From Bdellovibrionales bacterium (GTDB lineage Bacteria; Bdellovibrionota; Bdellovibrionia; Bdellovibrionales; JAGQZY01): a stretch of 46,955 bases of DNA. Under the pieces are notes generated by a model. It was not told the DNA's origin, did not search any database, and saw only the letters and a program-made list of their open reading frames with translations. Location of the stretch: the NCBI GenBank assembly GCA_031426555.1, contig JANPLN010000005.1, positions 1-46,955 of the forward strand, read 5' to 3'. The position numbers and the translations under genes were made by a program. Positions 28,044-39,417 of the stretch are shown piece after piece (the first letter of the stretch is position 1; each line of letters opens with the position of its first letter).

Positions 28044-29414
28044 TCAATTTAAGTCCTGAATTTGAGCCTGCACTTTGTAGGTGACTGAGTGTCCAGATCT
28101 GCTTTTGATTTGCTGAATGAAATCTGCGCTGATGCTGTCGAGACGAACAGATTCTGTTTGGTGATTCTTTTGCAGCCATTGCGACTGACCGTTGACCATT
28201 GGGAAGAGTGTCCATTCTAGATCAAAGAGACCAGGGACTTTCGTTTTCTTCAACACAAAATGATAATTCACCCTAGGAGGGGGATTAAATGGACTGAGAA
28301 TTTTGGCAGATAACCAGTAATCATAGCCCCAGCCTTCAAAAGTGTCAGGTGTCGTCTTTTTTAAAGTTATGCGAGTATAAAAAAGGGCAGAACTTAAATC
28401 CAGCATGACTTCGTTGATCTCTTTTGAATTTGAATCAAACCGTAAATAAAGTGGGAATCCATCCCGAGTATCAGCTACTTGTTCGATAACGTACATAACA
28501 TTAAGAAGAGGCTGCATATCAGGTGCATCACCATTTGCAATGATGGCACTTTTTTGAAAAAACTGATTTGAATCTGTGAATGAGGCCCAGTAGCCACCGT
28601 TGACTCCGTTTAGGAAATTATCCCGACTATCTAAAATGCGCGAAAGTCCTCGCCGCCGCATTTGATTGCTTATTTGTTTACCTGTTTCTACAAGAGGAGG
28701 TATTTCTGGATTAAAAACAGGTATCACCACGCTATTTAGAAAAAACGCCTGCCCGTGATCTGTAAAATGCAGATTATCGGCGTGAAAAGCATTTGCAGGA
28801 ATAGGAAAATTATAAGCAGCTGTGTTATTATTATAGAAGTCTGACGACGCAGTGATCATGTTTTTTAAGTTTAAGAGCTTCACCTTATCTGGATGCTTTT
28901 TTGCAAACTGTACAAGCGTTGCATTCACTGTGCGCACGGCAGTTTTGTAAGTTTCTAGAGTGTCTAGAATATTTTTATACCCACCCTTATCTAAGGATCG
29001 TGCTACGTTTTGTTCATCAACATTCAAACTTTCCCACAAAGGCAAAACTCCAACTAAGATCAAGCCGTATTCTTGATTCCACTGAGTTAAGATCTCGTTT
29101 ACTTTTGCGCGGTGGTTGAATCCTGGCTGCATTAAGAAAGAATAATTTGTCGGAAAGAAATAATCGCCAGCAATGAGTGTGCGAGTATGACTAAGCTGTC
29201 GGCGTAAATCGCTATTTGTTACATTGACGTCCAAATGGTCGCGCAAGCGAGCAATCAGCGGCAACGAATTTCCGGATCCTGTCGTGTTGCTTGCTCCGAG
29301 GGCATCAATATTTATATAGGCTGTATCAATAGCTGCGATATTCCGCGAGGGGACTAGGTGCGAACAACTGAATAAAACCAAAGCACTGACTGTCAAAATT
29401 AAACGAAAAATCAT
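28044..29414 (-). CDS. Lipoprotein with a probable SGNH/GDSL hydrolase N-terminal domain
   Basis: Lipobox 'LFSC'; block-I-like 'ALGASNT'; block-V 'ADNLHFT..G'. Confidence 0.55.
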   Translation of the reverse strand: MIFRLILTVSALVLFSCSHLVPSRNIAAIDTAYINIDALGASNTTGSGNSLPLIARLRDHLDVNVTNSDLRRQLSHTRTLIAGDYFFPTNYSFLMQPGFNHRAKVNEILTQWNQEYGLILVGVLPLWESLNVDEQNVARSLDKGGYKNILDTLETYKTAVRTVNATLVQFAKKHPDKVKLLNLKNMITASSDFYNNNTAAYNFPIPANAFHADNLHFTDHGQAFFLNSVVIPVFNPEIPPLVETGKQISNQMRRRGLSRILDSRDNFLNGVNGGYWASFTDSNQFFQKSAIIANGDAPDMQPLLNVMYVIEQVADTRDGFPLYLRFDSNSKEINEVMLDLSSALFYTRITLKKTTPDTFEGWGYDYWLSAKILSPFNPPPRVNYHFVLKKTKVPGLFDLEWTLFPMVNGQSQWLQKNHQTESVRLDSISADFIQQIKSRSGHSVTYKVQAQIQDLN

Positions 29415-29492
29415 GGGAACCTCTCTCGTTTAGCCTATTTGTATTTAGCAAAGCTCACAAGTCTAGTTTTGAATTTCTCGCTCACGCAATTT

Positions 29493-29526
29493 AAAAAAAA
29501 GCCCGTGTAAATGTACACGGGCTTTT
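29493..29526 (-). terminator. Intrinsic terminator downstream of katG
   Basis: AAAAGCCCGTGTA-aatg-TACACGGGCTTTT, with a long U-tract on the minus strand. Confidence 0.85.
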
Positions 29527-29581
29527 CGATGTTTTTAAGTTTTTTCTCGATGCTTATTTCAGTCTCATTATTTCCGCCTCA

Positions 29582-31897
<2,316 letters not shown>

Positions 31898-31934
31898 CTA
31901 ACGAAAAAAACGTATCTGCCTAGAAGGAGAGCAC

Positions 31935-32513
31935 ATGAAAAGGAATATGGCGTTTATTTTTTTGTTAATGGCGATCAATACTGCTGCCGCCGACACCGCC
32001 TATAACAGCATTCAAAGAGCCCTCGTGGGTGAGGTCGCGTATGTGCGTGCCCTTTGTCCCTCAAACGCTGTTTGCGTCACTGACGGTACGGCCATTGGAA
32101 TCAATTTTCAACTGACATGCGCGGACGCGTCTTTTTCGTTTAGCTACACGTTAAATTCAGCGACTTCCAATGTCGATATCGAAGCCATTGAAGAACTGGA
32201 ACCGGGCGTGAGTTGCTTAGATCCCGATCCTGAAATGCGCTTCGAAGCAATAACGCTGAATATGATGTTCCCAAGCGTTACTTTGAACTTTTTAGGAACT
32301 GGCGTGTCGTTTCAGATTATCCCAGAAAACATCACCCGGGACGTTATTGATCGGCAAAAGTGGTGGTCGCAACTGGACTCAGACGACTTGCATGAAAATC
32401 CTTTGGAGGAGTTCGCCATCCAAGCAAAACAACTGGGCACCCAAGTAGAGAGTGTTCCTTTGGATATGAATGATCAAGAAAACTGGTGGTCGCTACAAGA
32501 CTCGAACTTGTGA
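31935..32513 (+). CDS. Hypothetical exported Cys-containing protein whose 3' end runs antisense into tRNA-Val
   Basis: RBS AAGGAG, signal peptide, four Cys. The last 10 codons, including the stop, are the reverse complement of the tRNA 3' end. Confidence 0.7.
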   Translation: MKRNMAFIFLLMAINTAAADTAYNSIQRALVGEVAYVRALCPSNAVCVTDGTAIGINFQLTCADASFSFSYTLNSATSNVDIEAIEELEPGVSCLDPDPEMRFEAITLNMMFPSVTLNFLGTGVSFQIIPENITRDVIDRQKWWSQLDSDDLHENPLEEFAIQAKQLGTQVESVPLDMNDQENWWSLQDSNL

Positions 32514-32559
32514 CCTCTTCCATGTCAAGGAAACGCGCTACCAACTGCGCCAAGCGACC
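32484..32559 (-). tRNA. tRNA-Val(GAC), 76 nt, with encoded CCA
   Basis: GGTCGCT TG GCGC AGTTGGTA GCGC G TTTCC TTGACAT GGAAG AGGTC ACAAG TTCGAGT CTTGT AGCGACC A CCA folds into a canonical cloverleaf. Confidence 0.97.
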
Positions 32560-33220
32560 CAATAGATGATTGGTAATTTGTATTCACTATGGTGCTGCCC
32601 GTCAAGTTTTTAAAACTGTCACACCATATCTTAAACAGCAGTTCCGTTGAAATTTGCGAGTTATGATTTTGCACACGATCCATGGGTTGTCCTTGATGTC
32701 CGCAGGGATCAATCAGCTTAAAAATATCGAGATCATTGCTCACGTTTATGGCAATTCCATGGAGGCTTGTTCCTTTAGAAATGGTTATGCCAACTGACGC
32801 GATTTTACCATTTTGAGTAAAGAGCCCCCGGTTTTTATCAACAAACATTATGTTACACTTTTTCAGGCTTTGAGAAGTGATTTCGAGGAGCGCTTCGACC
32901 CAATCTCGCACTCCCATTTTTAGACTGCGCAAGGAGCATATTGGGTAAATCACCAATTGGCCCGGACTGTGAACCGTCATCAGACCACCTCGGTTTGTTT
33001 GCACAATGGGGAGAATGCATTCCTGCATCGGAGAACCCCGACGACCACAGGTGATCACGGCCGGATGTTCGCAGCCCACAAGAACGCTGGAGCCTTGAAT
33101 CCTCACACTTTCCTGGAATTTTTTTTGCAGCAGCCACACTTCTTGGTAGTCGCGGAGGCCCAGCCATTTTGTCGAATGATCCACAGCCAGGTTATACCTA
33201 TCTGCAGTGGGTTTTATCAA
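32525..33220 (-). CDS. lipB: Lipoyl(octanoyl) transferase
   Basis: 'EHPAVITCGR', 'NRGGLMTVHSPGQLVIYP', 'KIASVG', 'HGIAINV', 'PCG'. Confidence 0.92.
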   Translation of the reverse strand: MIKPTADRYNLAVDHSTKWLGLRDYQEVWLLQKKFQESVRIQGSSVLVGCEHPAVITCGRRGSPMQECILPIVQTNRGGLMTVHSPGQLVIYPICSLRSLKMGVRDWVEALLEITSQSLKKCNIMFVDKNRGLFTQNGKIASVGITISKGTSLHGIAINVSNDLDIFKLIDPCGHQGQPMDRVQNHNSQISTELLFKIWCDSFKNLTGSTIVNTNYQSSIGSLGAVGSAFP

Positions 33221-33258
33221 GTTTTGACTTCACTCAAACGCAATGCTGTAATACCCAG

Positions 33259-33966
33259 GTGTCCTTGAAGCCGAGCAAAGAAAACCCACTTGTTAATCTT
33301 GTCGCTAATGTCGTCCTGCCGGTTCTTATTCTCAAGGAACTCTCGGCCTGGTCTCCATTAAAAGCACTTATTCTCGCCCTGGCATTTCCCTTAGGCTATG
33401 GCCTTTGGAGCTATTGGAAATCAAAGAGAATAAACTTTATTTCGCTATTAGGTTTAATGAACACGTTATTTACCGGTGGTTTTGCCTTATTCAAACTGGA
33501 CGGCTTTTGGTTTGTGGTCAAAGAGGCCGCCTTTCCCTTTATGATTGGCTGCTTTGTCTTGTTTTCAGCTTTCCGCAAGCAACCGTTTTTAAAAATGATG
33601 CTTTTTGAAACCGGGGCTCTCAACACCGAAGAGATTCTTAAAAGGATACAAGAGAGTCAGAAAACAGCGCAACTGCTGCGACTTTTTCAAAAGGGGACTT
33701 TCTTTTTTTCTCTCACCTTCTTTTTCAGCGCCTTTCTGAATTTTGTTCTGGCCTATCGCATTTTTACGAAAATTTCTGTGGATCTTTCAGAAGCTGAGCA
33801 AACCGCGCTTCTCAATCAGCAAATTGCCGAAATGACCTGGCAGGGCTACGCCGTGATTTTTGCGCCCTCCATTGTGTTCTTCTTTTTAATTCTCTATTTC
33901 TTTTTTCGGTCGCTTTCAAAACTTACGGGTCTTGATTTTGACCATTTGATTCAAACCGACAAGTAG
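33259..33966 (+). CDS. VC0807-family integral membrane protein
   Basis: 'ENPLVNLVANVVLPVLIL', 'ALAFPLGYG', 'VKEAAFP', 'NQQIAEMT'. Start uncertain; GTG at 33259 chosen. Confidence 0.7.
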   Translation: MSLKPSKENPLVNLVANVVLPVLILKELSAWSPLKALILALAFPLGYGLWSYWKSKRINFISLLGLMNTLFTGGFALFKLDGFWFVVKEAAFPFMIGCFVLFSAFRKQPFLKMMLFETGALNTEEILKRIQESQKTAQLLRLFQKGTFFFSLTFFFSAFLNFVLAYRIFTKISVDLSEAEQTALLNQQIAEMTWQGYAVIFAPSIVFFFLILYFFFRSLSKLTGLDFDHLIQTDK

Positions 33967-34001
33967 CCGCCCCAATTATTAAACCAAATATTTTCCCCAA
34001 A

Positions 34002-34745
34002 CTATTTTCCACAGTAGAGCTGCAGTTTTTCGATCACCCACTCCGGCGCATCAATATACATTTCGTGCCCCGCCGTGGGATGGATGGCTATGGGCAGTTG
34101 CCAATGTTCCGCTAGTTTTTTTGAACACTGCGGGTTCACCATGCGGTCGCCTTCACTGGTGAAAACGTAAATTGGAATATCTGGCTTTTGTGCCGGCAAA
34201 TCGTAAAGAGCGGCTGCCAAAAGTTGTTTTGCAAAGTTGCCCAAGCTGACTGGCCGTAGACGCGCAATCTCCGACCACTTAGACACCATCAGACCCCGCT
34301 GTGGACTGTTGCTCACCATTTTGAGCACAGCGTCTTCGCGGGCCTCGGTGGTAGTTGCCGCACTGGCTTTTAAAATATGCCACAAAGCCTCGGGTTGTAG
34401 ACGCTCAAAAAGCTGACTCAAATTTTTAAAGCTACTATTGATCAAAACAATTTCATCTACAGATTTCGGATATAGGCGCGCAATTTCCATGGCCACCATA
34501 CCGCCAAGGGAAATGGCAACCAGAGTGCGTTTTTCGGCGCGATCTTTTGGAAAATGGCTGTGCACGAACTCCGCAATGCCGGTAATCGACATCGGCGACG
34601 ACAAGCGAAAATAATCTCCCGCTCCCGGAAAATCCAGGGAAACCACTTCGGAGTCAGGCGAAGCTTTTCGCAATTGCTGCAAAAAAGCTTCGCTGTGTTG
34701 TTTTTCACGAGCCAGTCCGCGCAAGAGAATCCACTGATGGCTCAT
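34002..34745 (-). CDS. Alpha/beta-fold hydrolase
   Basis: 'WILLRGLARE', nucleophile 'AISLGG', 'DRMV', 'AGHE'; start overlaps the upstream stop (ATGA). Confidence 0.85.
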   Translation of the reverse strand: MSHQWILLRGLAREKQHSEAFLQQLRKASPDSEVVSLDFPGAGDYFRLSSPMSITGIAEFVHSHFPKDRAEKRTLVAISLGGMVAMEIARLYPKSVDEIVLINSSFKNLSQLFERLQPEALWHILKASAATTTEAREDAVLKMVSNSPQRGLMVSKWSEIARLRPVSLGNFAKQLLAAALYDLPAQKPDIPIYVFTSEGDRMVNPQCSKKLAEHWQLPIAIHPTAGHEMYIDAPEWVIEKLQLYCGK

Positions 34746-35800
34746 TTTGTCTGTCCTGGATACCAAAGCTCCATGGCTTTGTTGCGATGGAGCAGTTTAT
34801 CTTCGGGAGTCAAATGCACCCAGGTCTTTGGCGACATCACAGCACGCCGTAAAAAATCCACAAGATTTTTATGTCGACGAAGCATTCGCCGCGCCCGATG
34901 CGGTGTCATGGGATTAAAAATTCCCAGGGGATTTAATAATTGCAGGGGATTTTTGCGAATCCACAACCACGATCCCATCTCTAAAGCTAACGGCAAAAAG
35001 AATTGGTCTTTTTGCACTTTTAAAAACTCATCGTAAAAATAATCCCACACATCGCCATGGGTGGTGTACTGCTGCGCTTGCGGCTCCACAGTGTAAACGT
35101 GATGCTGATAGGTATCGTCGAAGAGTTCTTTAAATGCATGCATTTGTGCTAAGTATGGAAACGGCGTTTTGGTGCGAGCGTACGGAAACCAGATGCGATC
35201 GCGAACACCAAAACCGGAGTGCACGTCCAGAGCGATGCTCACCTTGGACGGGAAAATTTCCTTTTTCACCAAAGCCCACAGCGCTTGATTTTCTTGTTCC
35301 ATGGGGGCATTTTCACGCCCGCGATAGAACGGCAGTTTTGGCGAGATGCGATGACCACCGTAAAACGGTTGTTTGCGCTCGTCCGACTCGATGGGAGCAT
35401 TGCGCATCAAATCCACACCATTGCCGTTGGACCGTGAAAGTTGGTACATCCCCACTGGATTTAACAACGGTACAAAAACGATGCGACAGTGTTTCATTTG
35501 CTCTTGAAAATATTCATCCCACGCCATGGATCTGGCAATGGAACTCAGCACGGAATTGATCACCTGAGTTCCAATGCGTTCAAGTCCGTGCACTCCGCCC
35601 ACGAGAAGCAAACAAGGATCCTGTGGATTTTCGCTGCCAATGGTGATTGAGTGAATGGGAAAGTCTACGCCCTTATGGCTAACTTCGGTGAGGACGTCAA
35701 AGCGCGCGTGCGCCTTGAGCCTGTCCATCACGTCTTCGAGATCTTTGAGTTCTGGAAGTTTTTTATATATTTTGTCGGGAATTTTGAGAGCTGCGCCCAT
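34742..35800 (-). CDS. M14-family zinc carboxypeptidase (DUF2817-like)
   Basis: 'GGVHGLE', 'RSNGNGVDLMRN', 'LDVHSG', 'LEMGSW'. Confidence 0.85.
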   Translation of the reverse strand: MGAALKIPDKIYKKLPELKDLEDVMDRLKAHARFDVLTEVSHKGVDFPIHSITIGSENPQDPCLLLVGGVHGLERIGTQVINSVLSSIARSMAWDEYFQEQMKHCRIVFVPLLNPVGMYQLSRSNGNGVDLMRNAPIESDERKQPFYGGHRISPKLPFYRGRENAPMEQENQALWALVKKEIFPSKVSIALDVHSGFGVRDRIWFPYARTKTPFPYLAQMHAFKELFDDTYQHHVYTVEPQAQQYTTHGDVWDYFYDEFLKVQKDQFFLPLALEMGSWLWIRKNPLQLLNPLGIFNPMTPHRARRMLRRHKNLVDFLRRAVMSPKTWVHLTPEDKLLHRNKAMELWYPGQTK

Positions 35801-35813
35801 AGATCCTTTTTTG

Positions 35814-36629
35814 TTACTTCTGACATTTTACACACCAGAAAGTATTTCGACCAGAAAGAAATTGCGACCGAATCAAAGCTCTACACTTACGGCAAGCCAA
35901 CTTGCCCCGCCCATAAACAAAGTGCTGCTCCTGAAACCCGCCACTCTCGCCGCTGGCTTGCTTGTAGTCGCGAATACTAGACCCACCGAGGTCGATGGCC
36001 GCTTTAAGAACATGCTGGATGGCCGCCACTAGTTTTTCGGATTGCGACTTTGTGAGTCTCGATGCGCTCGCTAAAGGTCTAACACCAGCAAGAAATAGCG
36101 CTTCCGAGGCGTAGATATTGCCCACTCCCACAACGACTTTTTGGTCCATAATAAAGGCTTTTATGGGAACTCTTCTTCGTCGACTTTTAGAAAACAAATA
36201 GGAAGCGTGAAATTCCTCAGCAAGCAAAGGTTCCGGTCCTAAGTGGACGAATTTTTTATCCTTCTTAAGGGTCTCTTTAACAATGATATCAAACACCCCA
36301 AAGCGTCGAGGATCGTTGTAAATTAATTGGCTGCCGCTTTCTAAACTGAGTACGATGTGATCATGCTGTTTTCGCTGGGTGTCTTTTCGCCAACTGCCCG
36401 TCATTCCAAGATGCGAGATAAGATAGAACTTCTCAGTTTCTAATAGGATGTACTTGGCTCTGCGAAAAAGGTTGAGGATTTTTTGCCCTTTGATTTTTTC
36501 AGTAAAAGAATGGGGCAAATTCCAGCGCAGATCTTTGCGCAAAAATTCGATTTTTTCGATGGGATCTGTTGGCTTGATGAGCTTCTTTAAACCTTCTTTA
36601 ACAACTTCAACTTCTGGGAGTTCTGGCAT
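35814..36629 (-). CDS. mutM: Formamidopyrimidine-DNA glycosylase
   Basis: N-terminal 'PELPEVE', 'RRAKY', 'HLGMTG', 'GVGNIYASE' and C-terminal zinc finger CRKC...CVKCQ. Confidence 0.97.
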   Translation of the reverse strand: MPELPEVEVVKEGLKKLIKPTDPIEKIEFLRKDLRWNLPHSFTEKIKGQKILNLFRRAKYILLETEKFYLISHLGMTGSWRKDTQRKQHDHIVLSLESGSQLIYNDPRRFGVFDIIVKETLKKDKKFVHLGPEPLLAEEFHASYLFSKSRRRRVPIKAFIMDQKVVVGVGNIYASEALFLAGVRPLASASRLTKSQSEKLVAAIQHVLKAAIDLGGSSIRDYKQASGESGGFQEQHFVYGRGKLACRKCRALIRSQFLSGRNTFWCVKCQK

Positions 36630-36757
36630 AGGACTTGAAGTATATCTATTTATTTACGAATTCAACCAGTTTTCATAAAGGAGTTTTAGACCTTGAGTCG
36701 AGCTACGCCGCTGCGACATGCTTGACATATAATCCAGGCATCAAGGTAAAATCTTCT

Positions 36758-37816
36758 ATGGGCAAAAATGGGCAGCTTAACTACAACTACCACGCCTTCC
36801 CTGCCGTCTCCGCCACTGCCGACGGCTCACCCATCGGGCGCTCTGACTCATTTGTATTTTCTTGGCGGCTGGATATCTTGGCATTTTATATTCCTCTGCT
36901 CTTAGGGATCTGCGTGTCGCAATTTTCAGTTGGGCCGACCTTTCAGTCAACGATCGTTTTCATGGCGATTGTGGTTTGGTTTAGCGATCAGGGCCATGTG
37001 TTTGCGACGGCGGTTCCTGTGGCTCTCGACAAATCCGTTCGTTCGCGCTTCGGTAAAAAAATCTGGCTTTTGCCTTTACTGGTGCTTCCCATTTGGTTCG
37101 CTCTGAGTCAGGTTGTGCACAGTATTTTTATTGCACTGTTTGGCTATTTTGCTCTCTATCACATTATCATGCAGCAGTATGGATGGATGAAGATGATCCT
37201 CCGCAAAGTTCCGCACAAGTCCGCGTGGGAAAGCTATTTGGATTTGGCAGTCTTCTGGAACGTCTATTTAATTCCAGTTCTCTATTGGCACACCGGACTC
37301 TCGCAGGTGACTAAATCTTATTATGTCAGCAACGATCTCGCTCTTACTCTATCGCCCGAGGTGTGGAAATTTGCTCTACCTTTGCATTGGGCAATAAATA
37401 TTCTTTTTTTGGGAAAGGTTATTGTGGATCTAATATTCACTGACAAAGCCGTACTGGGGAAACTCCTATTCATAATTTATAGCTGGATATGGTTCTATCG
37501 CGGCCTTGTTGTGTTTGATGGCGGTTTATTTTTCTGGACTGTGCTGGCACTGACCCACGGAATTGCCTATCATATTTTCGTAAATACTTACTGGCGGCGC
37601 ACAAACCGCGAGGCCATGGCATCGTGGTTTGTGAAAGACGGATGGATCAAATTTGCTGGTTACATCTTAGCCATCACACTGATTAGCCGCATCTGGATTG
37701 AATTTAAGCCGGCAATAGATGCAATTTCCCTCATGCCGATACATTGGTCTATGACCATGAGCCACCATGCGTTTGACAGCATTTTGTGGCGCAAACGATT
37801 GGAGAACAAACTGTGA
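36758..37816 (+). CDS. Polytopic membrane protein with conserved His motifs (putative membrane metalloenzyme)
   Basis: About 9-10 TM segments; 'DQGHVFAT', 'YHIIMQQYGW', 'HGIAY', 'HHAFDSILWR'. Start uncertain. Confidence 0.6.
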   Translation: MGKNGQLNYNYHAFPAVSATADGSPIGRSDSFVFSWRLDILAFYIPLLLGICVSQFSVGPTFQSTIVFMAIVVWFSDQGHVFATAVPVALDKSVRSRFGKKIWLLPLLVLPIWFALSQVVHSIFIALFGYFALYHIIMQQYGWMKMILRKVPHKSAWESYLDLAVFWNVYLIPVLYWHTGLSQVTKSYYVSNDLALTLSPEVWKFALPLHWAINILFLGKVIVDLIFTDKAVLGKLLFIIYSWIWFYRGLVVFDGGLFFWTVLALTHGIAYHIFVNTYWRRTNREAMASWFVKDGWIKFAGYILAITLISRIWIEFKPAIDAISLMPIHWSMTMSHHAFDSILWRKRLENKL

Positions 37817-38697
37817 CGACGTTGGCGCCCAAAAAGATTGGCCTAGCACAGTTGAAGAGTTTCAAAAAATACCGTAAACTTTTTTTGAGCTTATGGTTTT
37901 TAGCTACATTCTCGCATTGCGCAATATCCCTAGGGAGGGACTCAGTGAAAGAGGAGATACCTGTGATATCGCGAGGTTCTTTTATTGCCGAGTTATGGAA
38001 TCGTTCGATTTTGCGCGCTTACTCGCAAAAAATCGTTTCCAGAACAATCCAACCCGAAGAAGTGTCGAATTACATCGTAAAAGGCGGGAATATCAACGCC
38101 TTTACCGCCTACAGTTTTATGAATATTGCGAAACCCCTCCCCGATCCGCTCGTTAACTTTTTCATCTATGCCGATTCCGCAAAAAGTCTTCCTCCTGATC
38201 GAATCAAAAGTATGGAGCTACTTTTGAGTGTGGGGGCCGATCCAAACAGATGGACATCGGACAGCCGTAGGTCCCTCTCCTGGATCGGACTGCCCCCGAT
38301 TCATCTTGCCGCCCTATTTAACGATTTGGAGGCCTTAAAAGTGCTTGTGCGCTTTAAGGCAAATCTAAACTTTATGCACGAAAGAAGTTATTTGGGGTAC
38401 ACCGGCCCGGCACTTATGCTGTGTACAGATCCTAATGTGGCAGATTTTTTATTTGCAAATGGTGCAGATCCGCATTTTCGTGATTTAGAAGGAAATAATC
38501 TTTTACATCTTTTGGTAAACTCTAGCGCAGGCAAAATGAATATCTCCGGTATCAAGTGGTTGATTGGCAAAAAGGTTTCCCCTCATATCAAGAATAGGAG
38601 CGGCGAAACTGCGTTGATGCTCATCCAAAATCGCATTTCATCATTGGGTAAAGAAGCGACTGAGATACAAAGCATTTTCCACGGGTTTAAAGATTAA
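37813..38697 (+). CDS. Ankyrin-repeat protein with an N-terminal hydrophobic segment
   Basis: 'LLLSVGADPN', 'PPIHLAA', 'GNNLLHL', 'GETAL'; the GTG overlaps the upstream TGA. Confidence 0.8.
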   Translation: MTTLAPKKIGLAQLKSFKKYRKLFLSLWFLATFSHCAISLGRDSVKEEIPVISRGSFIAELWNRSILRAYSQKIVSRTIQPEEVSNYIVKGGNINAFTAYSFMNIAKPLPDPLVNFFIYADSAKSLPPDRIKSMELLLSVGADPNRWTSDSRRSLSWIGLPPIHLAALFNDLEALKVLVRFKANLNFMHERSYLGYTGPALMLCTDPNVADFLFANGADPHFRDLEGNNLLHLLVNSSAGKMNISGIKWLIGKKVSPHIKNRSGETALMLIQNRISSLGKEATEIQSIFHGFKD

Positions 38698-38712
38698 AAT
38701 ACGGAGAAACTC

Positions 38713-39363
38713 ATGCGCCTCACAGATCAACAGTCATTGAAGCTTTTGCGAAGTTGTTTATGGACATACGTTTCCATGGAGGAGGGCGGCGCGGCCTTTG
38801 ATGATCACTTCCCTCTCGGGGGCGATGCGGTTTTAGAAGACCGACTTCAAGCCATTTTGGGGGAAACGATCGAAGAGCTTCCGCTCGAGTTCTATGCATC
38901 ATTTCTGTTAAGCTACGGTGATCTGATGCAACGCTTGCTAATTGAGCCTGGCACTTATGAAGTCATCGACACCCGACCCACCCATAAATATGATTATGTT
39001 GATTTTGAAGAGTCCAATGCATCAGATGGAGCGGAGGCGCACAGATGCGTTGTAAAACGGCCTGGTCTATCTCAGGCTCTCATATCGAATAAAGCTCGGG
39101 TCGAAGTTTCGCTGGCTGATATTGAATCCGCAAAAGCCTGTTACTTTCAAATTGCTAACTTACCCACACAGTCAAACGGGCTCGTGTTGCAACTTACTCA
39201 AGTAAGCGCCTACAATAAAAAAGGTCTCAACGCTTACTTGTACACGTATCCAGGAATGATGGTTGACGGAAAGCGGCCTGATGGAAATGGTGCTTTTGCT
39301 CAAAGTTTCCATGACAAGATGTACTTGATTCTTCAAGCCTTTGCACAATATGCGGTGTTTTGA
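38713..39363 (+). CDS. Hypothetical cytoplasmic protein
   Basis: RBS GGAG, 216 aa, no recognised motif. Confidence 0.65.
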   Translation: MRLTDQQSLKLLRSCLWTYVSMEEGGAAFDDHFPLGGDAVLEDRLQAILGETIEELPLEFYASFLLSYGDLMQRLLIEPGTYEVIDTRPTHKYDYVDFEESNASDGAEAHRCVVKRPGLSQALISNKARVEVSLADIESAKACYFQIANLPTQSNGLVLQLTQVSAYNKKGLNAYLYTYPGMMVDGKRPDGNGAFAQSFHDKMYLILQAFAQYAVF

Positions 39364-39417
39364 TATGATTTTGGTAGAATACGAATTAAAATTTTGTCCC
39401 TCTCACATTGGAAATTT

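Noticed and set aside
32344..32562. 72-aa minus-strand ORF MGRLAQLVARFLDMEEV
   Set aside because: It is simply the translation of the tRNA-Val gene.
36722..36733. Perfect TTGACA immediately followed by TATAAT
   Set aside because: With no spacer the two cannot act as one sigma-70 promoter, and the alternative -10 (TAAAAT) would need a 19-bp spacer.
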